Below, in pieces: positions 54,836-64,000 of a stretch of DNA of 64,000 nt (position 1 is the stretch's first letter; each line of letters starts with the position of its first letter). The position numbers were made by a program, and so were the translations under genes. The notes below the pieces were generated by a model. It worked only from the letters and a program-made list of their open reading frames with translations, was not told where the DNA came from and made no database searches. The DNA comes from Octopus vulgaris (lineage: Eukaryota): positions 89,094,001 to 89,158,000 of the forward strand of contig OX597821.1 in NCBI GenBank assembly GCA_951406725.2, in the 5' to 3' direction.

Positions 54836-55719
54836 CGATACGCGCGCGTGTGTGTGTTTATCTTGTAGTAATGACCCCAGTCATTGCTTTAGGACTTGAC
54901 AACTCTGTTTAGACGAGTTCCAGGTTCAGTTTGCTTCGGTTGATAATACATAGAGTGGATAACTACTTAGGTTCCCGCATTTCCAAGCTAAGAGAAACTA
55001 ACACGTGACCGGCTGCAACTACGCGCCACTGAAGAGGACCAGAGAGGTTAAAATACAGCTTGCGCTCTCGCTAGATGCTGCTAGGATGTATTTATGTTTC
55101 TATCTGACATTATTCTGCATTTAAGAATACAAGTTCATAAAAAATATTTTCTCAGAACAAATACTACAATAACTGGCTTATCGAAATTTTGTATAAAGTA
55201 AATATGTTACGCAGAAGATTATTTTTAACTACTTCATCGTTTAAGTACATCGGGAGGCACAAGTGAATGTGATATTAATTTTCTCTTACATTAGAGACAA
55301 TGAATTCTCGACCGAATTTGTGGTTGGATGTAATTATGGGCCATTAAAAAGGCCCAAAATATTGTGATGAATCTGGAGTTCCCTTCGGCAGTTGGTGGGA
55401 CTAACTTTTGCCTTTCTGTTCTTTGTTGAAAACAGCAAGTCCATAAAACACTTTTTGGGGGAGAAATAATGTAGCGGTTGATCCATCGGCATTGTACATA
55501 CATTGCATATGCTACACACACACACACACATTTATATGTATGTGTGTATGTATGTTTGTGTGTGTGGGTATATATATGTGTGTATATATATATATATAGA
55601 GGGAGACAGATATTTATAAATGAGGGTGAAAAATTTGATATTAATTTAATATACCATCAATTTAACACTAAGTGGCTTAGCACATAAAAACCAAGGGAAA
55701 AATACAAATTTATACATAA

Positions 55720-55963
55720 ATATTAGAGAGTGACCACTATGTGGTTCACTCTAGTGCTAAAAATAGCTCCGCTAATGGTATAGCCACTAAAAGTTGTTTC
55801 CAAGAAGAAATACCACTACATTTAACGTAAGGTAAGCGAAACACAACGAAAAAATAGATTAACCCTGAACAATTGTTTCATTATAGCCACTTTTAGCGAC
55901 TATACCATTAGCGGAGCTACTTTTAGCACTAGAGTGAACCACAGAGTGGTCACTCTCTAATAT
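55720..55963. repeat. 75-bp inverted repeat with 94-bp spacer
   Basis: ATATTAGAGAGTGACCAC...CTAAAAGT (55720-94) vs its reverse complement (55889-963), few mismatches. Confidence 0.9.
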
Positions 55964-55973
55964 CTATGTTAAT

Positions 55974-57075
<1,102 letters not shown>

Positions 57076-58069
57076 TATCTGAATGAATGCACAAATATAT
57101 ACATATATATACCTGTACGTGTGTGAGTATGATTTGGTTGGCTGAAACCAATGCTGGCGCAAATTCCCCTTTTCCCTTACGTAAGACTCCTTCATTTCGT
57201 CATGCAGAATAGAGTTCGCTATTAAAAAATAATGATGTTCGAAGGTGACGGATGGAAGCATTCCTCTTATTAGGCCGGACACGGTTACGGATGAAAGCAT
57301 TCTCGTCATTAGCTAGTAGCAGTTTAGCTTTGATCTCGCATTATCACAAGCATTAAAAACCATTCAATTGATAGCTTAATATGACTTCGTTCAAGGGATG
57401 TCACTCTCATAGAATGTAATTTAGAAGAGATGGAGTTCAAAGCATCTACATTCTGAAAGAAGAAAAAAATACATAGTATTATGTGGAATTACTTGAACGA
57501 AATTACAGAGATCTGACACAAAATAAACGCAGGATTACGTAGATTGATTACTGAATAAATAGTGAGGGATTGCTAATCTACAGCAACAGAAGTTAATGCA
57601 TTAGTGTTAATAAAGGTCTTCTCTTGCATGGTTCAAAATATACGTGTAGCATTAGGTGCAGGATCGATACATGAACGATCAGGATTTATTGTAGCAGTGA
57701 GAATCCTTATATTAATTGCTGATTTATTAAAAGATTTATTGAAATAACGATATCGTGGTAACGGCGGTCATTCTATTTACTGTTCCAGACATTTTTCTAT
57801 ATTCATAGTTCGTAACTTAATAATTAATAACCTATTCACATTACAGCTTCTTTCATTAAGCGGTATCCATAGAAAAATCAAAATCCAACATTTGCATAGA
57901 ATGCATGTTTTACGGGTCTAACTTCGCCTCGTGCACAATGACATGAAACTAAAATAATAAACATGTTTTGCCAGCGGGGTTTAGTATTTTGAGCAGCAGG
58001 TGTATGCTCAATTAATGTAAATGTCTGTGGATAAACGAATAATTCCAGCCGAAATTTGCATAATCAGTA

Positions 58070-58550
58070 GCCATTGAGTTTGCAATTATATTCATCGCCG
58101 GCAGAGGTCCAAATTCAATAGACTAGGTTGCATTTCGTCCCTCAGGTATTGATTGAAATGGTAATTTTAAAGTTAGACTGTCCAAATTCCACCGAGGTCA
58201 ACACCGCCCTTCACCCCTTCGGGATCGATAAGTCAAATACCTATTTCTTTATTACTCACAAGGGGCTAAACACAGAGGGGACAAACAAGGACAGACATAG
58301 GTATTAAGTCGATTACATCGACCCCAGTGCGTAACTGGTACTTAATTTATCGACCACGAAAGGATGAAAGGCAAAGTCGACCTCGGCGGAATTTGAACTC
58401 TCAACGTAACGCAGACGAAATACCGCTAATCATTTCGCCCGGCGTGCTAACTTTTCTGCCAGCTTGCCACCAATAAGTCAAATACCAGTGAAATATTGGG
58501 ATCGATGTAACCACCCAGTCCCATCCCTCTAAATCTCAGGCACAGCGCCT
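58070..58550. mobile_element. Nested family C SINEs (minus copy 58241-58470 inside a plus copy)
   Basis: TSD ATAAGTCAAATACC at 58227-40 and 58473-86. Confidence 0.85.
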
Positions 58551-58619
58551 TCAGGATAATTATTCTCGATATAACTTCCATATTAAGGACTCTGAACCAA
58601 GTTCAATTAGGAGAACTGT

Positions 58620-59530
58620 TTTTCACACGTATTTTTTTCTGAACACGATTTATAGCGAGTAGTCTTCAGGTTCAGCCTTGAATGCGCATACGAGGGGTTT
58701 TGTAATACCCTTAAAGACAGGAATCAGTACCTCCCTCGTATGTCAGACTGCAATGACACATTATAACAAGAAAGGATAAAACAGGGTAAGTACATCTACT
58801 CATATACATCTAAGACAACTTACCATAGAACAGGTAGAAAAGAAATTTGCAGTGTTATCAGTGAAGTTAGTAGGGGGTTTGATATGAACAGAAAGAAAAG
58901 AGGAAGAGAGGGAAGAAAGAACACACTGAGAAATACGAAAGCAAATAATTTGGAGTGAGTTATTGAGGAGTATAGGGGAAAGATTATATGCTGAGCGCCC
59001 GGAAATAGATGTGGAGATTCTCGAGGGAATGCTATTCCAGTGTAGTACTGAAGTGTTTAACTAAATTGTATCTGCAATGAATTTGCGACTGAAATATGCT
59101 CTAAAAGTTTGCAGATTGAATTTCTTGGTGTTCTGTGTTTGAAGCACTACAGGTACTATCAATGTTTAAATTTTCTGCGACACTCAAATTATTCTTGTTG
59201 CCCCGCCAGTTGTATTTGTTTTTGCTCGTATACACTAGTTTATTGAAGGCTATACAATTCATTCTTTCCGTTGCCTCAGCAATGAAATGAGATGACATTT
59301 GTGTGTTTAAGCGAATATATGCTGTCTTAATTGCGTCTTGAAAGAGTTCAGGGTAGGGATGTTTTATATTTTGTCCATGTGGTTTGTATCTGAGATATCT
59401 GCAGTGTCCACAACGTCACTTTGAATGCATATTTTATTGAAAGGAAACTTGGCTGAGTCCCAACGGTTTATTTATTCATCGCATTCTAGTCTATTGCTTC
59501 CAACTATTTTGTTAAATTTGAATATGCGTG
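58620..59530 (-). mobile_element. Decayed LINE-like remnant
   Basis: Patchy minus-strand coding-like pattern only. Confidence 0.3.
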
Positions 59531-60191
59531 AGTATCTATAACTAAAAAATTACAGTTATTTCAACAGAATTCTTACTAAAGATTTTATGTATACATGATT
59601 CGCAGAGATGGGCTGTTATCATGGTGAACAACAATTAACAACGTTCCTAGCCTCATTCAGTGTGTGCGATGTGTTTAACCAAATGATAGTTAAGCCGCTA
59701 GTGTAACCACGCAGTCTGGTGGTCTGATGAGATAGCTTTCTTTATTTGAATTGATTTGTGAATATACAATGCCACATTGCGTAGCATGACCGTCTGTGAA
59801 AACATGTAAACATGATTTACTTCACACCGAAATTTTTACTACACGAAGAAAGCTACAAAACAACTATAATCCAAAGTATATCAAATAGTTAAATATACAC
59901 ACCCGCCTCTCATAGCCACTGAAATTTTATGGCTTATATGCTCCTCATGAAATAGGTTTATCAGTCGTATCTTTTTGATTTCAACTCTATGGACACTCTG
60001 TATTATACTTCTCTGTATTGACCTACTATGTGCTCTGCTAGTCGACGCCGTCAGAAGAGATTTCTGCGATTGCTACACGGTTCTCTGAATACATATCTTA
60101 CACTATAAACTGCATGCGTGCATACATACATATATGTATGTAACATGCACATGTGTATATATATATATATATATATATATCCATATATATA

Positions 60192-60365
60192 TCTTATATA
60201 AAATCCGTTCTGTCAGTCTGTGTGTGTCTTCTCGGATCTCGGGCATCCTCCATCGGATTGCGCCCAAATTTGATATGTAGATACCGACGATATCAGGGCG
60301 TGTATAAGTCTTCAAAAGATTGCAAAAATCGATTCCAGGTGAGAATGCGATCGATAAAGCCGTTT
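60192..60365 (+). mobile_element. Helitron-like 5' end
   Basis: A|TCTTATATAAAA followed by a (TGTC)-like stretch and CCAAATTTG, architecture similar to the 8312 element; no 3' CTAG found. Confidence 0.55.
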
Positions 60366-60734
60366 TTGTCCTGCTTTTCTTCCATCAACCTGTACATAAC
60401 TGCACCTTCCATTTTTTGTTGTTTTTGTACTGCTTAAAGACACGTTTCTTTCCTGCCAAGCTTACTGTTTAAACCATGTTTGTGTTCTCCCAGTCAACAG
60501 CCTTATCATTACTGGTACGTTAAACTCTTCGGTTGCATATTTGTGTGAATAAAATCGTTTTTCTTTGGAATAGAAAAAAAGTCTATCTTTATTTTTTTCT
60601 TTTGCTGGTGTCTCAAATTTACGTTAAATCAGTGTTTCTCAAAGAGTAGGCCTATGAGACGGGCAAACAAGTTGTTTTGAGAAAATTTGGTTTAAATGTT
60701 TGACAACTTTGCACGGGAGGGGGGCGTTTTACTC

Positions 60735-60843
<109 letters not shown>

Positions 60844-61529
60844 GATAGATAGATATAGATATATACATACACAAACACATAGATAGATAAATAGATAGAT
60901 ATGTATGTATTCATGTATGTACACAATACTTTTGATAACACAGTGTATGGCATGTATGGCATGTATTCATGTATTGCTATCAATGAATATATATCTGCTG
61001 AGCTACCAGCGCTTGTATGTAAATTCTGTTTTGTTATGAAGGATTGCACATTGCCAATGGATTTTCTATCAGTCACGTTGATTTATAAGAATCAAATATT
61101 TCTCAGGGTTTAGTGAGTCACGGTGAATATAAGGCGGAGGGAGATAAAGAGAGTGTAAGTTTTAGAAGCAGAGTAAAACTTCGCCTAAAAGTTACCCTAT
61201 ATGAACCGGCGGATGGAAAGCAACATGTGCAACAGATGTAGTAGCTGAAACCAAAATGCGGCTATACACAGGTGTGGAAAAAAAGAGAGAGCGGTAGGCA
61301 GAAACTAAAAAGAAGGTAGAAGAGATAGAGGAATATCAAGATAGCATTTATTACATATACATACATGTATTGAAGATACGTATAAGTGTTTGTTTATAAC
61401 TTGGCAGATAGATGTGTGCAAATATTAAAAGAAACACACTTGCACATGCACTCCTGCCTTCACATCTACACATCCTCATGTACAAATACACACGCACACA
61501 CGCATAAACGCACGCATATAGGTATATTA

Positions 61530-61531
61530 AC

Positions 61532-61562
<31 letters not shown>

Positions 61563-61672
61563 TAGATGTGTATATATATATATATATACATATATAGATG
61601 TGTGTATATATATATATATATATACATATATATGTGTATATATATATACATATATATAATATATATATATAT

Positions 61673-61705
<33 letters not shown>

Positions 61706-61750
61706 TATATATATGTGTATATATATATACATATATATATATATATACAT

Positions 61751-61815
<65 letters not shown>

Positions 61816-61830
61816 TCGATGTATATATGT
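61530..61830. repeat. (TA)n-rich microsatellite
   Basis: Seen directly; similar tracts at 60737-60915, 62145-62235, 63785-63820, 63919-63979. Confidence 0.95.
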
Positions 61831-62143
61831 GGGCATTTCTATTGTGAATGTATATTTGAAGTGTGAGATATTAAATAAACACATTGATAGCCTGATTGAT
61901 TGAGAGGAATAGAAGGGAGGTGGGGATCAGTTTTTCCAGATACAATGTCAAATGAAAGATAAGAGCTTCATATGTCATTCAAACACAGAAGCTGTTAAAA
62001 GGAAACATCAGCTGCCATAGAATTCAAGATATGATAACTGATGGATCATGGACAATACTGTAGAACTCTTAAGCCATCTCTAGAAAGCTATCATCTTTCT
62101 TTTCTATCTTTGTCTTCACTTACATTCCGTCTCTGTGAATATA

Positions 62144-62221
<78 letters not shown>

Positions 62222-63783
62222 TGTATGTGTGTGTGTAAACAGATATCAAAGTATCTTTATGTGCAATCGTATGTAAGTGTTATTATGTGACAGAGGAAGC
62301 TGCAACCTCGTGTTATAGCAGGAGTTTTTGTAAAGATGAAAAGATGTTATGCAACATGTCGTATAGCTGAGGGGAAACGCACAATAACGAGCTCCTGGTC
62401 CAGCTGCCCAATGATGCAAATCTCAATAAGGAGTTCGAGTATCGCTGCTGCATCATATGCATCAATAATCAAGTCACATGTAGAGTCACGTGATCAGAGC
62501 AATACGCATTCATGAGCAGCAGCTGCGTGTCTCAATATCTGAAATGATTTATTTTCATAATAATGCAAATAATCGAGATTATAATGCACAGCATTTATGT
62601 TTTTTATATGCATTTATGCTAAATTTTGCACCACGACAGATACAGAGCACACATGCACGTCCACATATGTACACATGAATGCCACAAACGATCAAATATC
62701 TCTGTCATTTATTCTGACTTGTGCATATGGTAAGCCATAGTAGACGCAATTCTATTTACGCAATTTAAATTGTGACATTACGTCAAAAAATGGCTAGTTG
62801 CTCACTTGAAATGTTTAAGATAAAAATGGTTTAAAATATCAGGTTTCACAAGTCATTTGAATATCTTTGGGCATTCCCTTAACAGCAAACTGGCAATCAT
62901 TTAGATAATTAACTCTTAGATTTGTTAGTTAACGAGACAACGCCGATGCCATCACCTGTAATCTGACTGTTCAGTACTGCAGCCAAGTTTTCGGCAATAA
63001 CTCCTACCGATAAAAAAAAATAGCAACGCATATATTAATACCCGAAAATCAATTACAAATTGATCTAAAAGTAAACAACCAAACTAACAATGTCTTCCAT
63101 TTGTATTTCTTTATTATTTATTTTCTTTTCAAAATAACATTCTGTCAGGTTTTTATATAGTCTAACATTAATATTTAATTCTACGTACGCTCTTTGAAAC
63201 CTGTCATGATTTTATGTTAGTGCATTAATATTTTCTATTGTAGCATAACTCACAATAAGTACTATATTGATCTGCACGAAAAGTAAATAAGATATTTACT
63301 TAATAAACAAGGATGGATTCCACTACCATTTACCAAAAACATGACACTGTGTAACAAATACATAAAGGTTGGTTTTGTAATTTATTCTTCACAATAGAAA
63401 TGTATATTGGTGTATTTGGAAGAAAATGTCATGTTAGCCATAAAAAGTAACAATAACCAGAACCTTTAGAGTGTCGGACAGAATGCCTTGAAATACTTGT
63501 CCCGGCTGTCTATCCAGTGAGATAACATTCGTCCGCCTCTTTTTTTTTTTACCTTAGATACATTTGATAAATGATCAGTAAAGCATCATTCCAGTACGGG
63601 AAATCTCTCCGGGGGATGTGTGTGTGTATGTGAGTATGTGTCTGTCTATCTGTATGTATGTATACGTGTATGTATGCTTGTGCGGCCACATAGCATAAAG
63701 CACTCGAAGATGGCTGAAGATGAGAGTGAATATGCATACAAACAAATATACATATATGCATACTTGCTTGTGTGTGCGTGTGA

Positions 63784-63825
<42 letters not shown>

Positions 63826-63918
63826 GCACAGTCAAACAAATACATTAGTTACAGTAGTATGTTACAGCTGTTGTGTTTAGACTTGCTTTTATTGAATACT
63901 TTCATTTGTTGTGTGTCC

Positions 63919-63983
<65 letters not shown>

Positions 63984-64000
63984 TACAACAAATAAAAATA

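Overview
AT-rich, microsatellite-laden eukaryotic non-coding DNA. The SINE families resemble, from recall and not a database search, those of Octopus/coleoid cephalopods. I can support no intact host gene, rRNA, tRNA gene or CRISPR array, and most ORF-track entries are translations of simple repeats. The window is a mosaic of three tRNA-derived SINE families, a young 5'-truncated CR1/L2-group LINE, Tx1/L1, RTE and Penelope-like (PLE) relics, Tc1/mariner relics, Helitron derivatives and two copies of an 8-bp-TSD MITE carrying TTAGGG repeats. The main find is at 3240-4969: a very young 491-bp tandem repeat, folded back into a large inverted repeat, carrying three intact type I hammerhead ribozymes (retrozyme / PLE pseudo-LTR-like). 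Its inversion point lies on an intrinsic mini-hairpin followed by a triple 9-nt stutter. Also notable are a ~1.9-kb palindrome (41.6-43.5 kb) with a homogenised core and a patchwork insertion apparently copied from neighbouring loci, SINE junctions that recur at AAATACC, and a Tx1-like LINE end embedded in (GATA)n.
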